A model generated the notes under the pieces. That model saw nothing but the letters and a program-made list of their open reading frames with translations. It had not been told where the DNA came from and did no database searches. The translations under genes were made by a program, and so were the position numbers. Of a DNA stretch of 64,000 nucleotides, positions 34,281 through 45,655 are shown piece by piece. The first letter of the stretch is position 1. Each line of letters opens with the position of its first letter. Source of the DNA: Lepidodermella squamata (lineage: Eukaryota > Animalia > Gastrotricha); NCBI GenBank assembly GCA_047495785.1, contig JBLDXI010000034.1, forward strand, positions 558,001 through 622,000, written 5' to 3'.

Positions 34281-35850
34281 AGGGCGATTCACAAACTCGT
34301 GTTTTCCACATGAATGATGCAAAAGATTTTTTGCAGGCTCACTTGAATCATGAACGATGAACGAAACCCTTTCACAAATTATTTGTCATAATTCATGATT
34401 CAAATAACTGCTTAGCCATTTTTTTTCATTTTTTATGTGGTCAAAAAAGGAATGCGGCCGCAAGGCACAGAACCCGCCACACTTGGCATGATAGTTCGAG
34501 CTTAACCCACTATGCCACCAGTGAGCTTGTGTTAATTCAAGCGTTTATGTCATCATTTATTTATTTATTTATTTGAAAGCTCATACGCCCAAGAGAGGGC
34601 AGCTTGACAATGTTAAGGAAAACAACATATAATTGCAGGACAAGTTCAGATTATAGGACAGGAAAGGTGTAGTAGGAGAAAACAAAGTTATAGATCAGAC
34701 ACTCGATCAATTATGTTCTGATGTAACTGAGCAACAAAATCGCAACAAGAAACGTTAAGTACAGCATAGCAGTATAAACTGTAATCATAAAAATAAAATC
34801 ACAAATTTCATCTCAAGCATAACCAGAACAAGGCCTCCGCTAATTTTTATTTAACTTTAATTTCCCAGCATTGGTAGAGTAACAATGATTGTACACAGCT
34901 TCGCGGCATTCCTTGGCCGATGCTGCTTGATGAGCTTCGGTCGGCAGTACGTTCCACCAGTCCGGCCCGCGATAGCTCAAGCTTAGCGTACCGCGTTCCT
35001 TTTTGAAAGTTGGTTTGAACATTGGTTCAGAGCGGCGAACATCGTAGGTACTGATTTCGTTTAGCCGGAACAGTGTTTGCATCGCTACTGGTGCTTGATG
35101 GTGTAAGCAGCTCCAAATCAAAGTTGCAAGGTGAATAGCGTGTTTTTGATTGACGTCGACCCAACCAAGACGGCGTCTCAACGGTTCAGGGTCGGCCAAG
35201 GGATGTGCCCCGCAAATGGCACGCACGACTCGGTCTTGTGTTGACTGAAGTTTAGCCAGATTTGTCGGTGCTGCTTGGCCTAATGTGATGTCGCCGTAGT
35301 TCATCTCCTATTCTCGCTGTTGACTTAGATATTCTGAGCTATTGGGAAAAATGCATTAACAGTTCAATTATTTTCAAAACCCATTTCAATAAATGAAAAT
35401 CCTTTGACCTTTATCTTTGGCTAGAGCACTCTAATTGGGCCGATTAATTAGTCGACACTTAATAAAACATTTTCTGAAATATTAATCGGGGCTTCAATCC
35501 TTGGGCTTCAAACTAGCTGATTCAGTTATTTTTGGCGATAATGATATCAGCCATAGCTTTGAATCCGAATGGCTAGCTTTGAAGCGGGCAATGTTGTTGA
35601 GAAGAATTCGAAAATTGAATTAACGCTAGTTCTGCAGTTCTGAGACTGCAAGTCATTAGCAAAAATGGAAGAAAATGACAGAAACGCCCGCAATCACCGA
35701 AGCTCGCTAGTAGTATAGTGGTTCAGCTCAGAACGTGCGAAACCAACATCATGGGTTCTGTGCTCAGTGGCGGCTTCGTTTTTTCGATCGACGCAGTCGC
35801 ACACACAAAAAAATCGCTATTTGAATCATGAATTATGACAAATAATTTGT
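34281..35850. mobile_element. Non-autonomous foldback/TIR element, copy 1 (right end truncated), with two tRNA-like units
   Basis: 34281-34526 is near-identical to 35851-36096. TATTTGAATCATGAATTATGACAAATAATTTGT at 35818-35850 is the inverse of 34373-34405. Hosts a LINE fragment. Confidence 0.8.
34555..35304 (-). mobile_element. 5'-truncated LINE (CR1/L2-group-like) 3' end
   Basis: The ORF ...LAKLQSTQDRVVRAI...LGW...SLSYRGPDWWNVLP... matches the post-RT C-terminus of CR1/L2-type ORF2. (TAAA)n tail on the minus strand at about 34555-34574. Absent from the paralogous site near 36130. Confidence 0.82.
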
Positions 35851-36227
35851 AGGGCAATTCACAAACTCGTGTTTTCCACATGAATAATGCAAAAGATTTT
35901 TTGCAGGCTCACTTGAATCATGAACGATGAACGAAACCCTTTCACAAATTATTTGTCATAATTCATGATTCAAATAACTGCTTAGCCATTTTTTTTCATT
36001 TTTTATGTGGTCAAAAAAGGAATGCGGCCGCAAGGCACAGAACCCGCCACACTTGGCATGATAGTTCTAGCTTAACCCACTGTGCCACCAGTGAGCTGTT
36101 GTTGATTTGGACGTTGGGGAAGTTTGGATGTCATTATCTCCTATTTTCACTGTTGACTTGGAAAAATTAAATGAGCGATTGAAAAATCTATTAACAATTC
36201 GATTATTTAAAAATACAGCATTTTTAA

Positions 36228-36613
36228 CCCTTAGCCGCCGAAGACGTGCACACGCGTTAATTCCAGAGAAAATTCACCGTGGTCGGAGGATTTGGGCTAT
36301 CGAACCCATTGTTGCGTCATAAATTATGATAAATCAATAGCAAGAAACAAGCACTCCCCGAAAATCCAAATTTTCAAAGCCACTCTGACCAGGTCGAAAA
36401 TAGTGACTTGTTAACACGTCGTGAAAACGCGTTAACACGTCATAGCAACGGCAACCCAAGTAAATTTCTTCTGAAAAAGAGGTTCGGCTTTCAATCCAAG
36501 GCTAAATGTAAGACTTTCTGCCGACTCAGAATTTGATTTTAGCCTCTTCTTGATTTTCTGGGATTTTCTGAAAGGTGCTCGAGTTAACACGTCAATGCGC
36601 CGGCGGCTAAGGG
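36228..36613. mobile_element. piggyBac-like MITE
   Basis: Perfect 13-bp TIR CCCTTAGCCGCCG / CGGCGGCTAAGGG flanked by TTAA at 36224-36227 and 36614-36617. Confidence 0.9.
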
Positions 36614-37027
36614 TTAAGCAACATTTATGGCGCCAATCTTTGACTAGAACACACTAATTAAACTGAATTATTAGTCGAAGCTGATTTGTTTTTGCTAAAA
36701 TATTTATCCTTGGGCTTTAGACTAGCTATTTTCGGCTATGATAATATCGGCTATTGCTGTGAATTTAAAATTCGATGTAATGACTAGCCTTCAAATAAGC
36801 GGTCACAGTGCGCAATATAATCGGGAAAGTAAATTTGGACTTGTTCAAATTCTGCAAGTCAAAACAAAAATGGAAGATAATGACAGGAACGCCATCAACC
36901 ACCGAAGCTCGCTAGTTGTATAGTGGTTTAGCTCTGAACATGCGAAACCAACATCATGGGTTCTGTGCTCAGTGGCGGCTTCGTTTTTTTTTCGATCAAC
37001 ACAAAGTCGCACACAAAAAAGTCGCTA

Positions 37028-38348
37028 CAGTGCTCCCTCGCTAAGTGCACCCTGGCTATGTGCAATTCCCTCGTTATCTGCCACACTTTTACAGCCCCCT
37101 CAAAATTGGTAATTAAATAATTTTTATTAGTGGAAGAAAAAATTATTTACAAAATTAAATTTATTAAAGTTCAAGAAAATAGCTTCATTAGCAACGCTGG
37201 CTGAGCCACAGCTTTTTTAGCAATGAAAAGGCGGTGCCGGTTAAGCTTGTATCGACGCGGGGAATTTCGACAGCTAATTTGTTGCTTTTCAAATAATTTC
37301 GGTATCTAAAAAGAAAGATTATCCCATTGATAAAGGCCGGCCTAAATTAGCTGGAATTAGCTGAAGGCGATAAACTTTTCACATGCCTAATTATTAACCC
37401 GGCAGTTTTAGGCTTTAGGCGACGTGATCTCTCCATCTTTACAGATCAGCTTTTTTTATCTCAGATCATTGAGAGAGCGATTGATAGTGTGCACGCGTCT
37501 GACTCATTCGTGATTTTTTTTTCATTCACAACTACTATAATCTCATTGATGGAACGGTGGATAGTGGATGATTTGATGGGTTGGCAAATTTAAGTGCTTT
37601 ACGATGCTGTTCAGCTTGAAAGGAAATTGTAAATTGATTGATTAATCAGACCTTATGATCTTGAATTCGTTTTAACAAGTAGTTCAACAGAAAAGCTCAT
37701 TGATAGATGTATGATAGATCATTGATAGATTTGAACTTAACCTAGCTGGCTAATCCCGGTAGAATGCGGCTCAAATCAGCTTTAAGTGACTAGTTTTAAG
37801 GTTTTAATTTAATAAGTTTTAAGGAACAATTTATCATCACAAATGCTTAGAATTTTGCTACTCTTGAAAAAATTGGCGTGGCAATATTAGCACATAATTT
37901 TAATAGCGCAATAATCTCGAATTTATTCGAGCACTCATTCAGCTTTAAATTTTGACATGATAATAACTACCAGCCCGAATTAAAAATCATTTCGCTATTG
38001 ATAATCATGAGAAAAGCCACCTGATTATCATAATTGCTTCAAAAGGCCAAAGGCCATTGATCCGAAACAAGATCCAAATGACCCTCGTGGACCAACGATC
38101 ATTTTCAATTGATATTAATAGCAACTGATGCTTTTAAGAAAAAAAATGCTAATCGTTAAAAAGTGATATCGGGCTTGGTTTTAGATATGGCTAACCACTA
38201 AAAACAACGTCTCCTTAGCAACTAAGGAAAAAATGTAGCTACGCACTTATGATTCATTGCTAGCTCTTTAACAGCCCTTGTTAGCTGCATCCCTAGATAA
38301 GTGCACGACCCACAGCCCCGACCCCGTGCACTAATCGAGGGAGCACTG
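37028..38348. mobile_element. Tc1/mariner (pogo-like) non-autonomous element
   Basis: TIR CAGTGCTCCCTCG(C/A)T(A/T)AGTGCAC at both ends, flanked by TA (37026-37027, 38349-38350). Absent from the equivalent position of copy 1 (about 35818). Confidence 0.88.
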
Positions 38349-38653
38349 TATTTGAACCATGAATTATGACAAATAATTTGTGAAAGGGTTTCGTTCATCG
38401 TTCATGATTCAAATGGCTTCTCGGCCGTTTTTTGCAAGAGATGAATTTTGCGCATAAAAAAGAACGATGAATCATGAATGTGTATTTTACACACGAGTTT
38501 GTGAACCCCACTTTTGTGATTCATATTTTATCGTGATTTAGAGTCGGTCAGAAAGATGAATAGCCTAGTTAAAAGGCCCTGTTCTCACTCCTTATCACAT
38601 CCGCATTTTCAAGACAACCAGTTTGCATATCAAATACTACAACTTCGCACGCA

Positions 38654-38905
38654 ATGAACCGCTCCCACTGGCATACTGATCTAACCAAGCTAGCAGCTTC
38701 GGAAGAGGCTGCTAAGGAACGAAGCAGGCCTCTGCGCTCAATCTTCTCCAGGCCATTACTCGGCAGCAGCTGTTTCGACTTGAAGATCAGCAATCAAAGC
38801 GATGAATCTGCACAGCAAACGACTTCAGCTGAACAGAATTCAAACGCTAAACAAGAGGACTCTGTTAAATTTATAGTAGGATGCGATTGCGACAACCACA
38901 AATGA
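38654..38905 (+). CDS. Short protein (83 aa), paralogue of 39418-39690; function unknown
   Basis: Shares NRxxWHxxLxxL, LRSI(F/L)S and VKFIVG + acidic tail with the downstream ORF. AATAAA at 38962. Confidence 0.65.
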   Translation: MNRSHWHTDLTKLAASEEAAKERSRPLRSIFSRPLLGSSCFDLKISNQSDESAQQTTSAEQNSNAKQEDSVKFIVGCDCDNHK

Positions 38906-39417
38906 AGCTTAACTCTATTATGATTCATATCTGATTTTTTTCACAATATCTACACATTTCTAATAAATCAAGTAACTTGTGAGAAATTATTGAGCTATTT
39001 TGTCCGAACTAGGCCGAATAATCTAGATAACACAGACTTTGCACTGAAATTGGGAGCAGCACAAGTCTGGTAGATTGCGATAAAGCCTATGAGTGAGTGC
39101 ATGGCGTGGCTCTAATAGCTGAGTGCTGAGCCGGCACAACTTTGTTATTACTCACGCATTTATGCTATAAATTAATGCATTCAGTTGTTCGCACTCACCA
39201 CATAGCGTGCGTGACTCATTTTCAGTACTACATCTTCATTTTTTCGTTGTTTACTGCGTACGAAGTTGCTATTTTCTATCTCATCCCCGCGACTACGAAG
39301 GACAAGTTTGGGTCAAATGAGGCAAGTTCGACCTCAGGATGAACTCTCAGTCCTTAAATTTTGTTTCAGATTTATCCAATATTTCGCCCTTTTTATCAAA
39401 GTTACAACAAGTGAGCC

Positions 39418-39690
39418 ATGAAGCAGAAATCGTTGAATCGCACGCCTTGGCATATGAATTTACCTGAGCTGTTCTGCCGAGATGTCAAAAGCGACGAGTT
39501 ATTCCTACTTCGATCGATTCTTTCGCAACATCGCCTCTGCGAAAAGAGCTCGAATGTCGGCATGCCAGGTCGAAATCACAGTTTTGATCACCTGGAATAT
39601 GATACGGGGAATATAACGTCTTATATGCCGTCAGAAACGTCTGGCAAAGAGGTCAAGTTCATTGTTGGACAAGAATTCGATGACGAGTGA
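39418..39690 (+). CDS. Short protein (90 aa), paralogue of 38654-38905; function unknown
   Basis: LNRTPWHMNLPEL...LRSILSQ...KEVKFIVGQEFDDE*. AATAAA at about 39754. A probable 5'UTR acceptor TTTCAG ends at 39369. Confidence 0.65.
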   Translation: MKQKSLNRTPWHMNLPELFCRDVKSDELFLLRSILSQHRLCEKSSNVGMPGRNHSFDHLEYDTGNITSYMPSETSGKEVKFIVGQEFDDE

Positions 39691-39759
39691 GAAGTAACTG
39701 TAACATTTCAATTTCATATCGTATTACCTCTTTATTTTATAAATTCTTTCGTAAATAAA

Positions 39760-42072
39760 TTATAAACGGTTTGTAGTTCTGACTAGTCTGGTCGATAAAT
39801 TGAGGGTCGACCCTATGTTAGATGTTTCAAGGCATGCCGCTCTTGAAATGGGCCGATTCGCGGCCTCTCTCAGTTCATGAATTCTAAAACAGCATGGTAT
39901 GTATAGGATCAGCCAAGTTAAGATGGAATACACAAGCAAACCGAACGTCCAGACTCCGATTTTCAGGATAAAATCATGCAAAATCATAATGATTAACAGC
40001 ATGAGTAATATGACAGTCAAAGCATTGATTATCGCAAATTTTACGACCTTGTACTCATGTGTCAAAGCTGGGTGGAGTTTCGCTTTTCGAAGTTCGTAGG
40101 AAATTAATATTCCGATTATTAGGACTAAGCAATTCAAACCAGCTATAGCAACAATCCAAGCGATTTGGTAATCCGACCAGCAAATGTTTTGACTAACGTC
40201 GAAATATAGGTCCAAATCTTCGTCAAGATTGATATCCGAAGCAAATTTAACCATATTCAGAGGGTCGACTATCAATAGCCAAATTAAAAGAATTATCGCG
40301 ACAATAAGGAGGATTAAAGTGATAACTATAACCGATATCCGAATTGGTTTCACAGCTCTTAAAAGATCATCCAGCTGGTCATGGGCTTTGCGCTTCGACA
40401 TTTTCACGCTCCTATAGATAGCGAACATCCTAGAGAAGAGGCAGCAGTTCGAAACTGAAATTCCGATTGAAGTCAAGACGGCTCTTGCAACACAGATGGT
40501 CAGTTTCTCGTCAAAAGTGAATAGAATTGAAGCGATAACAATCAAAGTTGTTGAGAGAAACGTAGCTTGATGCAATGGCATAATCGACGCTTCATAAGAA
40601 TCCGGGATTTTGTATTTCATAATCGGTAATGTTACGATGAAACCTAGCATTAAGCAGGCCCCTATCACCCCAGAAGCAATGATGTAGCTAAAAGGAGTCG
40701 TCACATTGATGTGTAAGACTTCGCTCAAATCTTTCGGAGCTTTTCCAGATTTAGTTGCCCAAATAGGGTCTTGTATCGCAATGGCCTTGTACGACCGTAG
40801 ATCCGTAGGATCAGTTGCGTTCGGAAGAATTGGAATCCTATACAAGATTTTGAGCTGTTTATCCACGATTTGGCCAACCATTTGAGTCTCCGAATCTAGC
40901 TCAATCCTACTCGAGTAGGTTATCCGGCCTATCCTTATCCCGACAAAATCAACCAATCTCGCACTTTCGTTAACGACATTCATTACTGTAAGGGGCAATC
41001 GATCGTAGTCAAGAATAGACATATTTCGGCATGAAAGGGCTATTTTAGCTCTGTCCAGTGTCACGAGGGCGTGGAGCATTGCGTCATGGCATTGATGCCT
41101 CTTGACGTCATCCGGTGGCCTTGTTCGATTCGATCTAGCCAAAACTTGATCTAACCGCCTCTCAAATTCAGGCAAATCGTAACCTAACGATGTATTGCCA
41201 TTGTTTTGAACAGCGTAACCAAAAGAGCCACCCCAAAATGTCCCTTTAATTTGCTGTTCGACTGTCGACATAGGACATCCTTTTGGTAGAGGATACCCCT
41301 TAACAAATGGATTGAAAAAGGCGTTTGCATTCAAAATGAAGGTGAATTGTGGGGCTCTAATTCCATAGTTGAAAGCCATGCATAGCAACTGAACAGCTTT
41401 AGCTTCCGTATACGTTGTAGCAATGACTCGAATTTTACTCCTGAGAATGTTCTGGAAAACATTGTCATCCAAATCTGGACTGCCGTAGTAGAGAGGAACT
41501 TTGATGCCGGCTGAAATCGCAGCTTGATACACAGATTGGGCTGTCGTGAATTCAGCATTTGACGCCGTGAAGACAATCCCGATTTCACGCCATTTCCCAG
41601 CATACTTCGCGAAAAATGCCGCAGAAAGGCCGTAGACGTTTGGAACTCGGATTCGGTAGAGATTCGGGAAGTTAATTCGATTGTTCGTGTATAAAGCTCC
41701 ACCGCAGTTCGGCGATACGTGAATCATTTTGAATTGACGAACGAGTGGCGATAGATTCTCACAGGCTCCATAGGTTCCAACAACTATTGGCGCAATTTGG
41801 GATGATTTTGACACGAACTGCATGAACTGGGCGGGAGCTTTTGTCGCTGCTAGGCCTTCGTCAGTATACGCTGCCTGGATTCGGAATTTCGGCAGTAGAT
41901 CGTTGCGTTGGTTGAACTCATCGATTGCAACTTGCATAGCTGAAGAACAGATCTGGCCATTGAGAGGGTCCGCCGGGCCCATAGGAATGATCGCCAACAT
42001 TTGCAGGGTCAAATTCTTGCAATCAACCCCAAAACCAAGAATCGATAGCGTTAGAAGAGACAAAGGAAACAT
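39760..42072 (-). CDS. Class C GPCR, GABA-B-receptor-like orphan (GPCR2; intronless, 770 aa)
   Basis: Signal peptide, VFT (AIDEFNQRNDLLP, FPNLYRI, KWREIGIV), WATKSGKAPKD linker, seven TM segments ending YIP. Confidence 0.9.
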   Translation of the reverse strand: MFPLSLLTLSILGFGVDCKNLTLQMLAIIPMGPADPLNGQICSSAMQVAIDEFNQRNDLLPKFRIQAAYTDEGLAATKAPAQFMQFVSKSSQIAPIVVGTYGACENLSPLVRQFKMIHVSPNCGGALYTNNRINFPNLYRIRVPNVYGLSAAFFAKYAGKWREIGIVFTASNAEFTTAQSVYQAAISAGIKVPLYYGSPDLDDNVFQNILRSKIRVIATTYTEAKAVQLLCMAFNYGIRAPQFTFILNANAFFNPFVKGYPLPKGCPMSTVEQQIKGTFWGGSFGYAVQNNGNTSLGYDLPEFERRLDQVLARSNRTRPPDDVKRHQCHDAMLHALVTLDRAKIALSCRNMSILDYDRLPLTVMNVVNESARLVDFVGIRIGRITYSSRIELDSETQMVGQIVDKQLKILYRIPILPNATDPTDLRSYKAIAIQDPIWATKSGKAPKDLSEVLHINVTTPFSYIIASGVIGACLMLGFIVTLPIMKYKIPDSYEASIMPLHQATFLSTTLIVIASILFTFDEKLTICVARAVLTSIGISVSNCCLFSRMFAIYRSVKMSKRKAHDQLDDLLRAVKPIRISVIVITLILLIVAIILLIWLLIVDPLNMVKFASDINLDEDLDLYFDVSQNICWSDYQIAWIVAIAGLNCLVLIIGILISYELRKAKLHPALTHEYKVVKFAIINALTVILLMLLIIMILHDFILKIGVWTFGLLVYSILTWLILYIPCCFRIHELREAANRPISRAACLETSNIGSTLNLSTRLVRTTNRL

Positions 42073-42888
42073 CTTTACGCAAGATACGCAATATGACGGG
42101 CCGAATGTACTTAAATTATCGCTTATTTACGGTCAAACGTCAAACATACTATCCGATCGGATGACACATAAGAATGGGTGATGTTAGCTAATCATGCTGA
42201 CACGTGGATCGTGCCATATTACCTGATTTAGCCGTGGGATTCAAAATCCTATTGCTTTTAGCACGACTTCGAGCTAATTAGTTTTCGAAAATTGCTCGCT
42301 CTCGCAATTAGCTGACGCAATATTAATGAAACTAATACAGATGCTTAATCAAGTACGAACAACGTTTTGCCTTTTCAATTTAGTTGATTAGCATGTTTAT
42401 AACTGTCAAAATTTCGATTGGTTGCATTTGATGCCAATCACAACTGTCGTAAAGGAGTAAATTGGTGGAAAGATTTAAGTAAGACATGCTAATCTATCGG
42501 TACATTATTGCTAATTGGGTGACGCAGAAGCCGCTCGAATTTCGAGTCATCATCACGTGCTAAATTAGCTGTGGGAAATTTTGACATATTACTTTGTTAA
42601 ATTTGGCGTGAAATAACGCCATGGACCAATTAATCTCGATTGACCATGATTTTCAGTCCTGTCTGTTCGTTGCTTCAAATCTCAACTCTGAGGCAGTGTA
42701 CATGGCTGCGTAGCGTTTTCTGATTTTCACAAACTTCATCCTAAGTTCATTCGGAATTTAGTAAGCTTTGCAGTAAAATCGGTCGGTGCCTCTCCGATAC
42801 ATTGTGAACATCGCACATCTGGTTCATTACTTGAGAAGAAGGACCGTAATCCCTTATTTATTTCCTATATTCACCGGTCAATTATAAG

Positions 42889-45225
42889 CTACAATCGGTT
42901 TGTTGTATGTACCAATTTTGAGGACAAATCAAGACTTGAGCCCAGAGTTAATGCTCCCGAGCTTTTGGCGTTAGGCATCATGGGTTTAGAACTATTCAAA
43001 GCAGTTTTCAAACCTTTGGCCCTACAGCAACACGGCAAGTAGAGAATCACAAGAGTTGAGATGGAATATGTCAACAAACCAAATGACCACACGCCGATTT
43101 TCAGGCTATAATCATTTAAGATAATAACAATGAGTAGCATCAGTAACATGACAGTCAAGGCGTTGATTGTCGCGAATTTCACCACTTTATATTCCATTGT
43201 TAACGCAAGGTGAAGTTTAGATTTTCGAAGTTCGTAGGCAACGAGGATCCCAATTATTAGGGCTAAGCAATTCAAACCAGCTATAGCCACTATCCAAGCG
43301 ATTTGGTAATCCGACCAGCAAATATGTTGACTAACATCAAAATAAAGGTCCAGATCTTCATCAAGAATGATTTCTGAAGTGAATTTGACAATATTCTGAG
43401 GGTCGATTATCAACAGCCAAATCAAAAGAACTATCGAGACTATGAGAATAGCCATTCCGTTGATCACCACTGATATTCGAATAGGCTTGACAGTTTTCAA
43501 AACATCCACGATCGGCAATTCATCATTGATTTTTCTCCTCATCGGAATTTTCGAGCTTCGGAGTATGGCAATCATTCTCGCAAGCAGGCAGCTGTTTGAA
43601 ATTGAGATCCCGATTGAAGCAAACACAGCTCGAACATTGCAAAGGTTCGACTTCTCGCCAAAAGTGAACAATATTGAAGCAATAGCCAGTAAAATTGTCG
43701 ATGAGAGCATGGCTAGATGCAATGGCATCAGAAATCCTTCATACGAATTTGGGATCTTCAACTTGGCAATCGTAAGCATGGCGATGAAGCTCAGAATTGA
43801 GGAGGTCCCTAACACCCCAGAAGCTATTGAGAATCTCAAAGGAACCGTCTCATTTAAATGAAGGACTTCGCTTAAATCCTTGGGAGCTTTTCCAGATTTA
43901 GTTGCCCAAACAGGTTCATTAACTGTTATCACACTGTACGAACGGAGATTGGTGGGATCGGTAGCGTTTTCTTGAATGGGGATCCTGTAGACGATTTTCA
44001 ACTGCTTATCAACGATTTGGCCAACCATTTGAGCCTCGGAATCTAGTTCCACCCTACTCGAGTAGGTTATACGGCCGATTCTTATCCCGATAAAGTCGAT
44101 CAATCTAGCACTTTCATTGACAGCATTGAACACTGCCTCGGGATGTAGTCCGTAATCGAGAATAGACAAATTTTTCGACAACAGTCCTTTCTCAGCTTTA
44201 TCCAGTGCCATAAGGGCGTGTAGCATTGCGTCGTGGCACTGATGTCGTCTCATATCATCTGGAGGCCTTGTTCGGTTCGCCCTAGCCAGGACTTGGTCGA
44301 GCTTTCTCTCAAACTGAATCAAGTCATATCCTAGAGAGGTATTTCCATTGTTCTGAACAGCGTAACCAAATGAGCCACCCCAAAATGTCCCTTTGATTTG
44401 CTGTTCGATCGTGGAGGATGTACACCCTTTGGGTAACGCGTAACCCTTAACAAATGGATTGAAAAAGGAGTTGGCATTTAAAACAAAGGTGAATTGTGGA
44501 GCCTTGATTCCGTAGTTGAAGGCAGTGCATAACAGCTGAACCGCCTTAGCTTCGTTGTAAGTCGTGACTACGACTCTAACCTTACTCTTCAAAATGTTCT
44601 GGAATACATTTTCATCCAGATCGGGGCTTCCGTCGTATAGAGGGACCTTGATACCTGCTGAAATCGCGGCTTGATAAACAGTTTGAGCTGTCGTGAATTC
44701 AGCATTTGACGCCGTGAAGACAATGCCGATTTCACGCCATTTCCCAGCATATTTTGCGAAAAATGCCGCAGAAAGGCCGTAGACGTTGGGAACTCGGATT
44801 CGGTAGAGATTCGGGAAATTTACTCGATTATTTGTATACAAAGCTCCGCCACAATTGGGTGAGACGTGGATCAAGTTGAATCTTCGAGTGAGGGGTGATA
44901 GATTCTCACAGGCTCCATAAGGTCCGACTACAACAGGCACGACTGCCGACCATTTTGATATGAACTGCATGAACTGAACTGGGGCTTTCGTGGCAGACGG
45001 ACCTTCATCGGTATACGACGCTTGGATTCGGATGTTTGGCAGCAAATCGCTGCGTTGGTTGAACTCATCGATTGCAACTTGCATAGCTGCAGAACAGATC
45101 TGGCCATTGAGAGGATCCGCCGGGCCCATAGGAATGATTGCCAACATTTGAAGTGTCAAGTTCTTGCCATCAACTCCAACTCCAAGACCAAGAATCGATA
45201 GAATGAGAAGAGATAAAGGAAGCAT
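42889..45225 (-). CDS. Class C GPCR, GABA-B-receptor-like orphan (GPCR3; intronless, 778 aa), tandem paralogue of GPCR2
   Basis: Collinear with GPCR2 over its full length. The upstream ~200 bp is also homologous. Confidence 0.9.
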   Translation of the reverse strand: MLPLSLLILSILGLGVGVDGKNLTLQMLAIIPMGPADPLNGQICSAAMQVAIDEFNQRSDLLPNIRIQASYTDEGPSATKAPVQFMQFISKWSAVVPVVVGPYGACENLSPLTRRFNLIHVSPNCGGALYTNNRVNFPNLYRIRVPNVYGLSAAFFAKYAGKWREIGIVFTASNAEFTTAQTVYQAAISAGIKVPLYDGSPDLDENVFQNILKSKVRVVVTTYNEAKAVQLLCTAFNYGIKAPQFTFVLNANSFFNPFVKGYALPKGCTSSTIEQQIKGTFWGGSFGYAVQNNGNTSLGYDLIQFERKLDQVLARANRTRPPDDMRRHQCHDAMLHALMALDKAEKGLLSKNLSILDYGLHPEAVFNAVNESARLIDFIGIRIGRITYSSRVELDSEAQMVGQIVDKQLKIVYRIPIQENATDPTNLRSYSVITVNEPVWATKSGKAPKDLSEVLHLNETVPLRFSIASGVLGTSSILSFIAMLTIAKLKIPNSYEGFLMPLHLAMLSSTILLAIASILFTFGEKSNLCNVRAVFASIGISISNSCLLARMIAILRSSKIPMRRKINDELPIVDVLKTVKPIRISVVINGMAILIVSIVLLIWLLIIDPQNIVKFTSEIILDEDLDLYFDVSQHICWSDYQIAWIVAIAGLNCLALIIGILVAYELRKSKLHLALTMEYKVVKFATINALTVMLLMLLIVIILNDYSLKIGVWSFGLLTYSISTLVILYLPCCCRAKGLKTALNSSKPMMPNAKSSGALTLGSSLDLSSKLVHTTNRL

Positions 45226-45655
45226 GTTGACGCAAAGAAACTCGATAGGAGAAGCAGATTGTACTCGATCTAATCCTCCAACTGAATGGGTGACATAAAA
45301 AATGTCTGCGACGTTAGCTAATAATCCGATACGTGACGATGCTCGTGCAATGACGCCTATTTCAGCCCAGGGATTCGTGATTTCCTCGCTTTTGCCATGA
45401 AGTAACGTGACATTAGGTGATTAATTTCGTGATCTTGCAATTAGTATACGCAGCTGCAATCATGGAATTTGTTTCTGGATTAGGGAAATAGCATGTTCAA
45501 ATTTGGTTCGAGAAAATCAATATGTGACAAAAGGTGGTCAAACTCAGATAGCTGTCACAATTTTTGATTGTTTATTTGCGATTCATTTTCGAGAATGAAT
45601 TACCAATAGAGTCTTGATTCTAATACAACTGCAATCAGAACTGTATGGCCACTGA

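Larger units (their letters stand above)
35851..38509. mobile_element. Non-autonomous foldback/TIR element, copy 2 (complete), with two nested insertions
   Basis: Left end ...TTCACAAACTCGTGT vs right end ACACGAGTTTGTGAA (38491-38505). About 65 bp of internal inverted repeat: 35913-35976 vs 38349-38412. Confidence 0.82.

Noticed and set aside
35702-35777. Possible genuine tRNA gene (also 34449, 36019, 36907)
   Set aside because: The B-box/T-loop is degenerate (GGTTCTGTGC), the acceptor and anticodon stems are poor, and it lies inside a repeat. Treated as tRNA-derived.
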